Virus record (IMG/VR): IMGVR_UViG_3300022936_000014
Span: 1-42,537 of that record
DNA: 42,537 nt
Source of the DNA: a virus
Taxonomy: Duplodnaviria; Caudoviricetes
Strand: one strand, 5' to 3'
The position numbers and the translations under genes were made by a program. Positions 17,499-26,045 of this stretch are shown one piece after another. Positions within the stretch are counted from its first letter, which is position 1. Every line of letters begins with the position of its first letter. The notes under the pieces were generated by a model. The model did no database searches. It was not told where the DNA came from and saw only the letters and a program-made list of their open reading frames with translations.

Positions 17499-17761
17499 AC
17501 GATACGCTCAAGGAGCGCGGCTCTCGGTATGGTGACTTTACGGACCATGCTTTCATAGCTCAGGAACTACAAGACGCTATGAGGGCTAATGACGGCTGGA
17601 AGCGGCTCGATGCCGTTAAGCGCCAAGCCCTTTCTGTCATCGCGGATAAGATAGCCCGAATCCTGAACGGCGATCCTGAGTACGCCGACAATTGGCACGA
17701 TATCCAGGGATATGCGCGGCTGGTCGAGGAACGATTGGTTAAGGGAGGTAAGGATGAGTAA
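17483..17761 (+). CDS. DUF6378-like protein
   Basis: TLKERGSRYGDF..KIARILNGDP.YADNWHDIQGYARL signature; start uncertain. Confidence 0.8.
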   Translation: MVEAVNDTLKERGSRYGDFTDHAFIAQELQDAMRANDGWKRLDAVKRQALSVIADKIARILNGDPEYADNWHDIQGYARLVEERLVKGGKDE

Positions 17762-18044
17762 TTTTCGGGTTGGGCAGAAGGTGGTTTGCATCGAAGGAAG
17801 CAGGGGTGGAATGCTTGTCAAGGGGCAAATCTACACGGTGGAGGATATCATCCAACGCTACGGTAAAACCTATATTTGTCCTGTAGAAACTCCTAGGGAT
17901 ATTATGGGAGAAAAAGGATGGCTCGTTCACCGCTTTCGCCCCCTCATCACACCCGAACAAGACATCGCCCTTTTCCACGCCCTCTGCCCCGGCCTTCCTG
18001 TCGTTCCACCAGCTATTCTGAAGCCTAGGGTTAGGGTTGAGTGA
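17754..18044 (+). CDS. Hypothetical protein (SH3-like FRVGQKVVCI family)
   Basis: ATG 17754 after GGAGG; FRVGQKVVCI..GQIYTV..RFRPL. Confidence 0.7.
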   Translation: MSNFRVGQKVVCIEGSRGGMLVKGQIYTVEDIIQRYGKTYICPVETPRDIMGEKGWLVHRFRPLITPEQDIALFHALCPGLPVVPPAILKPRVRVE

Positions 18045-18092
18045 AATCAACATGTAGTGGGTCTTGTGGAGATAGCCCCACGGACTAGCGGA

Positions 18093-18123
18093 TTGACGAA
18101 TAACAGGCGGCGGGCGATTATGC
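18093..18123 (+). promoter_or_regulatory. Putative sigma70 promoter
   Basis: TTGACG-17-GATTAT(GC), intergenic, upstream of GGAGG RBS. Confidence 0.6.
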
Positions 18124-18149
18124 CCGTCCGAATTTAGGAGGGAAATGAG

Positions 18150-18356
18150 ATGAAATACATTATCAACTGGACTGATAAAAACACGGAAGTCGATTGTGTC
18201 GAAACCTATACCGACATAGATGAGGCTGAGAAAGAGGCTAGGACGCTTAGCAATAAACACGGCATTGCATGCATTCTGGCGTTTTTTGAGGATGATTTGA
18301 CGGGCACGCTTCAATATAGTTTTGGTCGCAGAGGCGAAGTTGATGGCGACCTATAA
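18150..18356 (+). CDS. Hypothetical protein
   Basis: 68 aa, GGAGG RBS. Confidence 0.65.
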   Translation: MKYIINWTDKNTEVDCVETYTDIDEAEKEARTLSNKHGIACILAFFEDDLTGTLQYSFGRRGEVDGDL

Positions 18357-19194
18357 GCAAAAAGAAATTATCGGAAATTGCACACTTCTTTTGGGTGACT
18401 GCCTAGAAATCATCCCAAGCCTTTCTCCCTCTCAAATGGTGATGACGAGCCCGCCATATGATGGGTTAAGGGAATATGGAGAAGGCTTCACCGGTCTAGA
18501 TTGGCGCAAGGCTATTACGATGCTATCCGGCAATCTTGCAGATGGGGGTGTAATGGTTTGGAACGTTGCAGACCAGACTGTTGATGGTAGCGAAACTGGA
18601 ACAAGTTTCCGTCAGGCTTTACACGCGATCGACAGCGGCTTGCGCCTTCACGATACCATGATTTATTGCAAAGAAGGCGTAACGTTTCCTGACGCCAATC
18701 GATACCATCCAGCCTTCGAGTACATGTTTGTGTTCTCCAAGGGAGCGCCATCTGTTTTCCAAGGCATAAAGGATTGGAAAAACAAGTGGGGCGGCACAAA
18801 GATGCACGGCACCGACCGAAACCCAGATGGCTCAACCTCTAAAATTAGTGGCGATGGTAAACTAGTCCCTGACTATGGTTTGCGAAGGAACTGGTGGGTT
18901 ATATCAAATCCATATACTGGAGCCACAAAGGGGCATCCTGCGCCAATGCCATACAGTATGGCTTACGATCATATTGCCAGCTGGAGTTTGACAGGCGATA
19001 CGGTTTTAGATCCTTTTCTGGGCAGCGGTACTACAGCGTTGGCGGCGATGAAACAAGGCAGGAATTTCGTAGGGACCGAAATCGATCAGGCCTACTTTGA
19101 CATCGCCTGCCGCCGCATCGAGGACGCCTACAAACAACCCGACATGTTCGTCACCCCCGCACCGAAGGCTGAGCAAGTGCCGCTAGACTTCTAG
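18343..19194 (+). CDS. DNA N4-cytosine/N6-adenine methyltransferase (beta class)
   Basis: GDCLE, catalytic TSPPY, HPAPMP, SAM-binding VLDPFLGSGTT. Confidence 0.92.
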   Translation: MATYKQKEIIGNCTLLLGDCLEIIPSLSPSQMVMTSPPYDGLREYGEGFTGLDWRKAITMLSGNLADGGVMVWNVADQTVDGSETGTSFRQALHAIDSGLRLHDTMIYCKEGVTFPDANRYHPAFEYMFVFSKGAPSVFQGIKDWKNKWGGTKMHGTDRNPDGSTSKISGDGKLVPDYGLRRNWWVISNPYTGATKGHPAPMPYSMAYDHIASWSLTGDTVLDPFLGSGTTALAAMKQGRNFVGTEIDQAYFDIACRRIEDAYKQPDMFVTPAPKAEQVPLDF

Positions 19195-19217
19195 CGCACC
19201 CGGTCCAAGAGGAACCC

Positions 19218-21608
19218 ATGCCCAATTTTGAGCCTGCTCTACTTGAGCAGATAAAATCGCTCGTCCCAATTTCTAAGCTTGTGGGTGAGTACGTTGCTGC
19301 CGATAAAGGCAAGTCCTCAGCAGGAGACCTGTGGGCCTGTTGCGTGTTCCATAGCGAAAAGACACCTTCATTCCATGCTGAGGACGCCAAAGGGATTTAC
19401 CATTGCTTCGGCTGTGGTGCGACAGGCGACCATTTTCAGTGGATGCAGGAGCACCAGGGAATGACCTTTACGCAAGCCGTGGAGGCCGTTGCCGATCGTG
19501 CTGGCGTCACACTGCCCGGGAAGCGCTCAGAGCCGTCAGCGGCCAAGCCACGCGCCCGCTATGATGCTCCTAAGATCGTTGACCCATACGAGGGTTACGA
19601 GTTTGTGCAAGTGCCAGCCGGTACACCGCTTATTGTTCCCGGCCAACGAACACCGGAACTGCGCAACCCTAAGAAATTTGGCACCGAAAAGTTTGTCACG
19701 CGCTACAAGCCATCGGCTGTGCACGCCTATGAGAACGCTGCGGGGGAACTGCTAGGGTACGTCCTGCTGGTCGAGTTCAAAGATGGCAAGTCAACGCCTG
19801 GGATTTGGTGGGCGCATGGTCCGGATGGCTTTGAGGGGTGGTGTCACGGATCGATTGATAATTGCCCGCTGTATGGTTTGCCAGAACTACTGGCGCATCC
19901 TGATAAGCAGGTGTTGGTGGTCGAAGGTGAGAAGTGCCGTAGAGCCGCAGACAAGGCGCTAAAGGGCCGCGTGGTGGTCGTTAGCTGGTGTGGCGGCACA
20001 AACCGTGTTGATCGGTCTGACTGGTCGCCGCTGGCGGGGCGTTCGGTGATCTGGTGGCCTGACAATGACCCTGAAGGGCTTAAAGCCATGGCTGAGGCCC
20101 TCAGCATAGCGAATGCATCCAAAAACAAGCGCATAGCCCCCTACGGCGACAAAGGCGGCGACGTTGCCGATCTGATCTTAGCCGGTGGCTCGGTTGCGGA
20201 TTATATCAAGGCTAATATCAGTGAGTGGAATGATGACGCTAACCCTGAGCCTACTGCTGACAGCGAGCCTAACGCTGAACCTGATGCAGCGCCTAAAAAT
20301 CATATCCCTCCAACACAAAGTGTGGGTGGCGGGGGTCGAGAAGCGGTTGTGGTTGAGGAAACGATAGATTGGGAAGGCACGTTAGATAGGACAGACAAGG
20401 CCACACTGACGCTTAACAGCCTTCATAACTCAGTTGTCATTCTGCAGTATCATGCAGATTTCAAAGGTGTTTATGCGTATAACGAATTTGCGCAGGAAAT
20501 CTCTCTGCTCAGGAAGCCGCCTTATGATCCACCCAACAGGCCGTTCAAGCCCCGGCTTTTGACCGAAATCGACGTTATCGCAAATGCTGCATACATGGAA
20601 ACGATGGGTGAATATAAGCTAAAGCCTAAAGTGAACGATATGATATTGGCTATTAAGCGTGTCGCTGATTTCAACAGGTTTAACCCTGTTAGGGATGCGC
20701 TGGACGCTTTGGAGTGGGATGGTCTACCGCGACTGCAAGGCGGAACAGTTGGCAAGCGCTTGTTCAAAAGCTTTGCAGTTCGTTATCTCGGCGCTGAGGA
20801 TACCCCAATCAATGCTGCTTTCGTCAAGCGCAGCCTGATATCGGCTATTGCCAGAGCGTACAAACCCGGCTGTAAAGTTGATACTATGCTTGTGCTAGAA
20901 GGCGGGCAAGGCAAATTCAAATCTACCAGCCTTAACGTTCTCGCTGACGCTATCGCACCCGGTCTTTTCACCGATGAAATGAGCGACCCAGGTTCTAAGG
21001 ACGCCGGTTTGCAGATGCAAGGCCGGTGGATAATTGAGATTTCAGAGCTTGATGCCTTCCGCAAATCTGATGTGTCAACTCTAAAGGCATGGTTGGCCCG
21101 TAAAGAGGATCGGTTCCGTAGGCCGTATGGTAAGAACGTCGAGGACTTCCCGCGCTCGTGCATTATGATCGGAACAGTCAACCCGCCTGAGAGTGGTTAT
21201 CTGCGTGACCCGACCGGCGCTCGTAGGTGGTGGCCTATTCGGTGTGGGGAGTTTGATTTGCCGTTGCTCAAAGAGGATGCGCGTCAAATATGGGCCGAGG
21301 CACGTCACCTGTATATGGCTGGCGAACAATGGCACCTAACCGACGAGGAGGAGGAACAAGCTAAGGTTGTGCAGCAAGCCCGTTATGAGCATGATCCTTG
21401 GGCGACATTGATCAGTGACTATCTAGCTAGACACACCGACGCAGTTAAAAGCACAGTTAAGCTCATCGATCTTATGGGGGATATGTGCCTACGCATTCCA
21501 CCTGAACGCCGAACCCCGCTGCAGAACGCTCGTATTGAAGCACACCTAAATATGATTGGCTGGCTAAAATTAGATAGCGGGACATACCGAAGGGGGTTGA
21601 CGCCCTAA
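19218..21608 (+). CDS. Primase-helicase (CHC2 zinc finger, TOPRIM, VirE/VapE-like helicase)
   Basis: CVFHSEKTPSF..YHCFGC; VVEGEKC..PDND..GDVAD; EGGQGKFKS, IEISELD, DPTGARRWWP. Confidence 0.92.
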   Translation: MPNFEPALLEQIKSLVPISKLVGEYVAADKGKSSAGDLWACCVFHSEKTPSFHAEDAKGIYHCFGCGATGDHFQWMQEHQGMTFTQAVEAVADRAGVTLPGKRSEPSAAKPRARYDAPKIVDPYEGYEFVQVPAGTPLIVPGQRTPELRNPKKFGTEKFVTRYKPSAVHAYENAAGELLGYVLLVEFKDGKSTPGIWWAHGPDGFEGWCHGSIDNCPLYGLPELLAHPDKQVLVVEGEKCRRAADKALKGRVVVVSWCGGTNRVDRSDWSPLAGRSVIWWPDNDPEGLKAMAEALSIANASKNKRIAPYGDKGGDVADLILAGGSVADYIKANISEWNDDANPEPTADSEPNAEPDAAPKNHIPPTQSVGGGGREAVVVEETIDWEGTLDRTDKATLTLNSLHNSVVILQYHADFKGVYAYNEFAQEISLLRKPPYDPPNRPFKPRLLTEIDVIANAAYMETMGEYKLKPKVNDMILAIKRVADFNRFNPVRDALDALEWDGLPRLQGGTVGKRLFKSFAVRYLGAEDTPINAAFVKRSLISAIARAYKPGCKVDTMLVLEGGQGKFKSTSLNVLADAIAPGLFTDEMSDPGSKDAGLQMQGRWIIEISELDAFRKSDVSTLKAWLARKEDRFRRPYGKNVEDFPRSCIMIGTVNPPESGYLRDPTGARRWWPIRCGEFDLPLLKEDARQIWAEARHLYMAGEQWHLTDEEEEQAKVVQQARYEHDPWATLISDYLARHTDAVKSTVKLIDLMGDMCLRIPPERRTPLQNARIEAHLNMIGWLKLDSGTYRRGLTP

Positions 21609-21626
21609 CCCCCGCATGTATTATGC
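21594..21626 (+). promoter_or_regulatory. Promoter GGGTTGAC-N17-TATTATGC for sRNA candidate 1
   Basis: Mirror copy at 21974-22006. Confidence 0.6.
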
Positions 21627-21629
21627 AGT

Positions 21630-21702
21630 TGTGTTCGCGGCTCCCCTGCCGCTTGAGCCTTAAGGGCCACCAGTGTTCCTCCCACTGGTGGCCCTATTTT
21701 AT
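21630..21702 (+). ncRNA. Candidate two-hairpin sRNA with anti-SD loops; second hairpin also a terminator
   Basis: GCGGC-TCCCCT-GCCGC and AGGGCCACCAGTG-TTCCTCC-CACTGGTGGCCCT-ATTTT. Confidence 0.6.
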
Positions 21703-21787
21703 GAGAGGGTGTGTTTTGGAGTGCAGGGGACTTGCACTCTTTGTTTTGCACTTAACACATGAAATGGCATCCCCACGCCTCTTATCT

Positions 21788-21861
21788 TTCCGCTTCGTCT
21801 AATGGTAGGACAGCGCACTTTGAATGCGTCAATCGTGGTTCGATCCCATGAGCGGAAGCCA
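21788..21861 (+). tRNA. trnQ: tRNA-Gln (TTG)
   Basis: Acceptor TTCCGCT/AGCGGAA, D arm, anticodon arm GCGCA-CTTTGAA-TGCGT, T arm CGTGG-TTCGATC-CCATG, encoded CCA. Confidence 0.95.
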
Positions 21862-21863
21862 AT

Positions 21864-21888
21864 AAAAAAAGACCCCGTTAAGGGCCTT
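21864..21888 (-). terminator. Intrinsic terminator
   Basis: Minus strand AGGCCCT-TAAC-GGGGTCT-TTTTTT. Confidence 0.8.
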
Positions 21889-21969
21889 AATTATGATGGC
21901 TGATCGGCCCCATCGTGCGACGAGATTATGGTGGTATGCACACCTCGAAAGAGGTTCTCTATTAAAGCT
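21864..21969 (-). ncRNA. Candidate sRNA 2 (~105 nt)
   Basis: Bounded by promoter 21974-22006 and terminator; hairpins ACCTC-TTTC-GAGGT and CTCGTC-GCAC-GATGGG; no convincing ORF. Confidence 0.45.
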
Positions 21970-21973
21970 GGCC

Positions 21974-22006
21974 GCATAATAGCAAAAGGCTTTGGATAGT
22001 CAACCC
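21974..22006 (-). promoter_or_regulatory. Promoter GGGTTGAC-N17-TATTATGC for sRNA candidate 2
   Basis: Same flanking octamers and spacing as 21594-21626. Confidence 0.6.
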
Positions 22007-22320
22007 TCCAACACCTTCATAGCCCCTTCAACACTATCGGCCCACCCAATGCGCAGCGTAGGGCAGGATTTTAGCGCAGCTTCCCGCCAGTCGTTTTGAT
22101 CCTTGGTCGGCTTCTTTCCCGGCTTCTTCATCTCAATGAGGACGGCGTAGCCATCCTTGGTCCATCCCCACAAATCTGGCGCGCCGTCGCCGCCTATCCC
22201 GAGCTTTACATAGCTCTTAAGGGTTCGTCTAACACCCACTTTATTCTTGAATAGACGATGCCCCGCAGCCGAAGCTGCGAGGATTACACGCGTCTCTATA
22301 TCAATCTCTAGCTCACTCAC
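22000..22320 (-). CDS. VRR-NUC family nuclease (putative Holliday junction resolvase)
   Basis: GAPDL..IEMKKPGKKPTKDQ..W PD-(D/E)XK pattern. Confidence 0.85.
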   Translation of the reverse strand: MSELEIDIETRVILAASAAGHRLFKNKVGVRRTLKSYVKLGIGGDGAPDLWGWTKDGYAVLIEMKKPGKKPTKDQNDWREAALKSCPTLRIGWADSVEGAMKVLEG

Positions 22321-22549
22321 CGCTCATCTCCTCCCACCGCCGAACACCATACAGAACAGTCGCATGGTCGCGCCCGATGCAATCGCCAATCTGGTAGGTG
22401 CTTAGCTTAGTCTCATTGCGGATGCGCGACATAATCTCCCACCGAGCGCGGACTAGCTTAGGATAACGCTTGCGACTAAGTACCTCGCCACGGAACACGC
22501 GGCGAGATTTGCAGACCTCATCAATTATGGTAGACCACTTAGCTGCCAT
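22313..22549 (-). CDS. Stand-alone DnaA C-terminal (domain IV)-like HTH protein
   Basis: LSRKR..LVRAR..LSTYQIG..GRDHATVLYGVR; start set at the TAATG overlap. Confidence 0.8.
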   Translation of the reverse strand: MAAKWSTIIDEVCKSRRVFRGEVLSRKRYPKLVRARWEIMSRIRNETKLSTYQIGDCIGRDHATVLYGVRRWEEMSGE

Positions 22550-23151
22550 TACGCTGCAAGCCTCTGTAGAACTTCTTTCCAACCTGCAGTAAATTTCTCA
22601 TAGAAATATTGTCTCCGATCATCGTCATTCATCGACCAGCATGGATGGACCCGATAGCTAACCGTATCATTCCGGTGCGGGTCACATCCCATCTCAATCA
22701 GGATATCCCGCACAGCCTGCGTTTTCATCTTGAGCAGGTTGGCGATATCCGTTGAGCTTGTGCCATTGTCGTAACGCTTACGAATGGAAGTCTTGGTGCA
22801 AAACTGAGGATAACGACCTTTGGGGCGAAACGTCTTTGGACCGCGCAACATGCCCATACGGCGAATTTTGCTCATGATAGAGCTACGAGGCCGCTTTAGC
22901 TTAATAGAGCAAACATAACTAGTCTCTCCGCCCATCCATAGCTCTCTGAGCTTATCCTCCTCAGCGGCGGTCCAGTCCGTCCCGCCGATGCGCGGGCGCA
23001 CTATTGAGATACGCCCCTCACGCCGCAGAAGTTCGATCTTTGAGCCAATGCTACTCATGCTTCTGCCGATGTGCTGAGCAATTATTTGGTTCGTTGTGCC
23101 CTTGGCGTACATGCGCAATAGAAGGTCGGTTTCGGCGTCGGTCCATTTCAT
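22549..23151 (-). CDS. GcrA-like/Myb-like tandem HTH regulator
   Basis: Two WT..E...L..lw..G.t..ia..l.R..SSI.SKI repeats resembling the GcrA N-terminal domain, plus a third HTH. Confidence 0.7.
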   Translation of the reverse strand: MKWTDAETDLLLRMYAKGTTNQIIAQHIGRSMSSIGSKIELLRREGRISIVRPRIGGTDWTAAEEDKLRELWMGGETSYVCSIKLKRPRSSIMSKIRRMGMLRGPKTFRPKGRYPQFCTKTSIRKRYDNGTSSTDIANLLKMKTQAVRDILIEMGCDPHRNDTVSYRVHPCWSMNDDDRRQYFYEKFTAGWKEVLQRLAA

Positions 23152-24623
23152 GCTACTAATCTTCCTCTCTCACGTTTAACCTCGATGAGCTTCTTAGCCC
23201 ATCCGTCCTTATAGCCCCGTTCGCGGCCATAAGCTATTATTTCCTCAGCCCTATTGAGGGATGCAATAGCGCGCTTCCGGTCCATTGTCGCAGCGGCTTT
23301 AGCGGCTTCGTGGGCGGCGCGTTCCACCTCTGCCAGATGACCCTGAACTTCCTCAATCTCACGGCGTGTGGCGGCTCCTGGACGGCCTTCGCGGATATCC
23401 TCGCCACAATGCTTGCATTTATGCTTGATCGGGATGGCTGTCGCTAGGCAATGGGGGCATTGCACCGGTTTTATCTCTTTAGGCTTACGAATAGCCCCGG
23501 CCAAAGTCCATTCAATCTCGTCATCGGGTAGCCATTCAAACGCTCCGTAGCAATCTACGTGGTCAGCAATAATACCCGGCGCGCCGTCAGCCTTTGGACG
23601 CATAGCCCGCATAGCCATCTGCACGAGCAGAGGGAACGAAGCCGTCAGGCGACATAGCCCCACAACCTCAATTGTTACGTCTTTGCCAGCCTGCGCAGCT
23701 AGATCGTAGCCCTCGCCAGCGATGAACGCATTGCAGAACCCATACAGTTCACCATCGGCAATCTTGCGGGCTATGCGCTTGCGCTCCCATTCTGGCGTAT
23801 CCTTGTCCATCCACGCCATAGGGACACCGGCAGCGCAGAAAGCGTCTGCGTACTTTTTGCCAGTGGAGATATTGGGGAAAAAGTATATAGCCTTTTTGCC
23901 CATGAAATGGGTCTTGTAGTTCTCCACGACGCTACCGACGATAACGGCACGGGACATGATATCGCCCTGCTTCTCCAAAGCATCATCGCCGCCAACGCGC
24001 ATCTTGACGTTATGCAAATCCTCTGGCGGCTGACCGCGCATCCACTTGAAGTCTGACAGAGCGCCAGACTTAATCAAGTCGCCAACCTGCGGGCCAAGAA
24101 CAATGTCGTCGCAAACCTCTCCCAAGCCCACGCCATCAGTGCGGTCTGAGGGGGTTGCGGATAGGTACATGATCGTAGCATCGGGGAAATTCTCACTAAC
24201 CCACCTATAGGTTGCTGCAACGCCCCTGTGGCCCTCGTCTATTAGGATCATTGTGGGACGATGCTTGAGCTTAGAAACGCGGCTTTTGATTGAACCGATC
24301 ATCCCCACATGTACGGTTTCGTTAGGATTAAAAGGCTTCCCCGCAGCCATGAAAGAATGCGGGATTTTCATTTCCTTGAACGTAAGGCTAGTTTGCTCAG
24401 CCAGGAATGAGCGATGAGCCAGGAACATCACGCGCCCGCCGCGCTCTAAGGCAGATTGCGTTATCATCCCGGCAACGCGGGTCTTGCCGGAGCCACAGGG
24501 GGATTGCATCATCAACCTAGGCTTCCGCTTAACCCCCCTCTCATTGAGGGAGGCTTGGATTTCTCTCAGTTTTAGTCGGGCTTGGGAGATTAGGGTTTGT
24601 TGATAAGACCTATCTATCCCCAC
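23148..24623 (-). CDS. SF2 DEAD/DEAH-like DNA helicase with C-terminal zinc finger
   Basis: SPCGSGKT, IDEGH, SATP, EGYD, QMAMRAMR; CPHC..CKHC. Confidence 0.9.
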   Translation of the reverse strand: MGIDRSYQQTLISQARLKLREIQASLNERGVKRKPRLMMQSPCGSGKTRVAGMITQSALERGGRVMFLAHRSFLAEQTSLTFKEMKIPHSFMAAGKPFNPNETVHVGMIGSIKSRVSKLKHRPTMILIDEGHRGVAATYRWVSENFPDATIMYLSATPSDRTDGVGLGEVCDDIVLGPQVGDLIKSGALSDFKWMRGQPPEDLHNVKMRVGGDDALEKQGDIMSRAVIVGSVVENYKTHFMGKKAIYFFPNISTGKKYADAFCAAGVPMAWMDKDTPEWERKRIARKIADGELYGFCNAFIAGEGYDLAAQAGKDVTIEVVGLCRLTASFPLLVQMAMRAMRPKADGAPGIIADHVDCYGAFEWLPDDEIEWTLAGAIRKPKEIKPVQCPHCLATAIPIKHKCKHCGEDIREGRPGAATRREIEEVQGHLAEVERAAHEAAKAAATMDRKRAIASLNRAEEIIAYGRERGYKDGWAKKLIEVKRERGRLVA

Positions 24624-25231
24624 TGCTCTGCCATTGCGTCGGCAATGCCCTGATAGGTTCGGCTGCGTTCTTTCCAGCGGTTCGGTCCTGGCGTCATGTG
24701 GAACACACGGTTCCGTTCCTGCGGTTTCAGCGTCATCATATGCGCTTTTACGTGTTCCGCGTCATCGTTAGGCACCAACTTTGGCAAGCCCTTTAGCCAA
24801 AGGCACGTAGATTTGGTTTCAGGATGACCGAACATCCATGGCTGGATAATCTGATCTGGCTTGCGGATTTTAGTGCTAATGATGCTGATGGGGTTTTCAA
24901 GCGCGATCTTATTGCATGGAGCATCCATAAGAGCCTGCACAAAGTCTAGAGCGCGTTGCTGGCGACCGTCTGCAATCTTTTCGGGGAAATGACGCGCCCC
25001 AGAAACAGCTAGGTCAGTGCAAGGTGGATGTGCAATGATTAAGTCCCACCTACGAACTCCGTATTCCGACGACTGTCCATTGAGCAATGAAATAACATCG
25101 CACCTATAATGAAATGCACTGGTGTAATTGGCTTCGGCCTCCAACAAATCGCACGACCAAGCATCATGCCCCCGGTTGCGAAACGCTTGGCGCACACGCC
25201 CCGAATATTCGCAGGCCACTAAAACTCTCAT
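24614..25231 (-). CDS. DNA cytosine-5 methyltransferase-like protein
   Basis: MRVLVACEYSG, DLIIAHPPC, IALENP; ATG 25231 in ATGA overlap. Confidence 0.82.
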   Translation of the reverse strand: MRVLVACEYSGRVRQAFRNRGHDAWSCDLLEAEANYTSAFHYRCDVISLLNGQSSEYGVRRWDLIIAHPPCTDLAVSGARHFPEKIADGRQQRALDFVQALMDAPCNKIALENPISIISTKIRKPDQIIQPWMFGHPETKSTCLWLKGLPKLVPNDDAEHVKAHMMTLKPQERNRVFHMTPGPNRWKERSRTYQGIADAMAEQWG

Positions 25232-25395
25232 TTCTGGCACTCGTGGAGAATGGCATCACCGCTCTCGATGTACATGTTTGCCAAGCTTTCGCTTGCGTCA
25301 AACGATGTGGCCTCAAAGTATTTAACGCCACGAAATTCCTTGCCAGGCAGAACGGTAATTCGCTTCATGCCCTTAGCCAGCTTGCTGTATGCCAT
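25228..25395 (-). CDS. Hypothetical protein (55 aa, not in ORF track)
   Basis: AAGGAGAG RBS; MAYSKLAKGMKRITVLPGK..HECQK; stop overlaps the methyltransferase ATG. Confidence 0.7.
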   Translation of the reverse strand: MAYSKLAKGMKRITVLPGKEFRGVKYFEATSFDASESLANMYIESGDAILHECQK

Positions 25396-25419
25396 CTCAT
25401 CTCTCCTTATTACCCACCC

Positions 25420-25448
25420 ACCATACCCCTATGTTGCGCGCCAGTCAA
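25420..25448 (-). promoter_or_regulatory. Sigma70-like promoter with TTGAC-N5-CGCAA box
   Basis: TTGACT-17-TATGGT; box 25434-25448. Confidence 0.7.
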
Positions 25449-25707
25449 TACTAACATGCCCGCAGCAGGAACATTTGTGTTCAAGATGCTGCCACATCTC
25501 CTTATCAATGCCATTCTCAACAGCCCATCCCATCAGCAGATCGTTATGCTGAATTGGAATGCAGCCCGCAGCCACCCACCGAGTTACGCGGGATGGATGA
25601 ACCTTTGTCAGCCGCGCTAACGCAGCGTTATTACCGCTTAGCTTATTGCCCTGGTACTTTTCGTTCTTGCTGCCAACCAACGCCGCAATAGCTTCAACCT
25701 TGTTCAT
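25429..25707 (-). CDS. Cro-like HTH protein
   Basis: NAALARLTKVHPSRVTRW..G.IP; C-terminal CSCCGH. Confidence 0.65.
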   Translation of the reverse strand: MNKVEAIAALVGSKNEKYQGNKLSGNNAALARLTKVHPSRVTRWVAAGCIPIQHNDLLMGWAVENGIDKEMWQHLEHKCSCCGHVSIDWRAT

Positions 25708-26045
25708 TATTCCAACTCCAACATTCTAACACGTTCCTTAATCGTTATTCCTGTACGAGTGAGATTATCCCAATCGGCTTGTTTAGAGGGCGGCACGTCA
25801 TAACCTCGGCGGGCTAGATCGCGCAGGCGGCGTCTCCGCGTAGGATCAGCGGGTAAAGCTAACCCTGGTGGCCTGCGAATACGCTTAGCCCCAATCTTGC
25901 GCTTTTCTATCCGCCATTCCGGCACTGTGTCTTTGGCTAGCCTGTAAACCGAACCAACGCTGGAATTGAGCGCGTAGGCAATGGTTTCAAAGCTTAGGCC
26001 CATGCGTCTGAGTTCTATGGCGCGGGTGGAGATGTCCTCCCTCAT
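25707..26045 (-). CDS. HTH domain protein
   Basis: RAIELRRMGLSFETIAYALNSSVGSVYRL. Confidence 0.65.
   Translation of the reverse strand: MREDISTRAIELRRMGLSFETIAYALNSSVGSVYRLAKDTVPEWRIEKRKIGAKRIRRPPGLALPADPTRRRRLRDLARRGYDVPPSKQADWDNLTRTGITIKERVRMLELE

Noticed and set aside
21701-21802. 33-codon ORF and GAGTGCAG/TTGCACTC hairpin upstream of the tRNA
   Set aside because: ORF lacks an RBS and overlaps the tRNA; likely tRNA leader or promoter.
21788-21861. tRNA as an attP/prophage boundary
   Set aside because: No integrase or host genes seen and the contig is circular.
21878-21890. TTAA..TTAA as a CtrA box
   Set aside because: Spacer is 5 nt, not 7, and it lies within the terminator stem.
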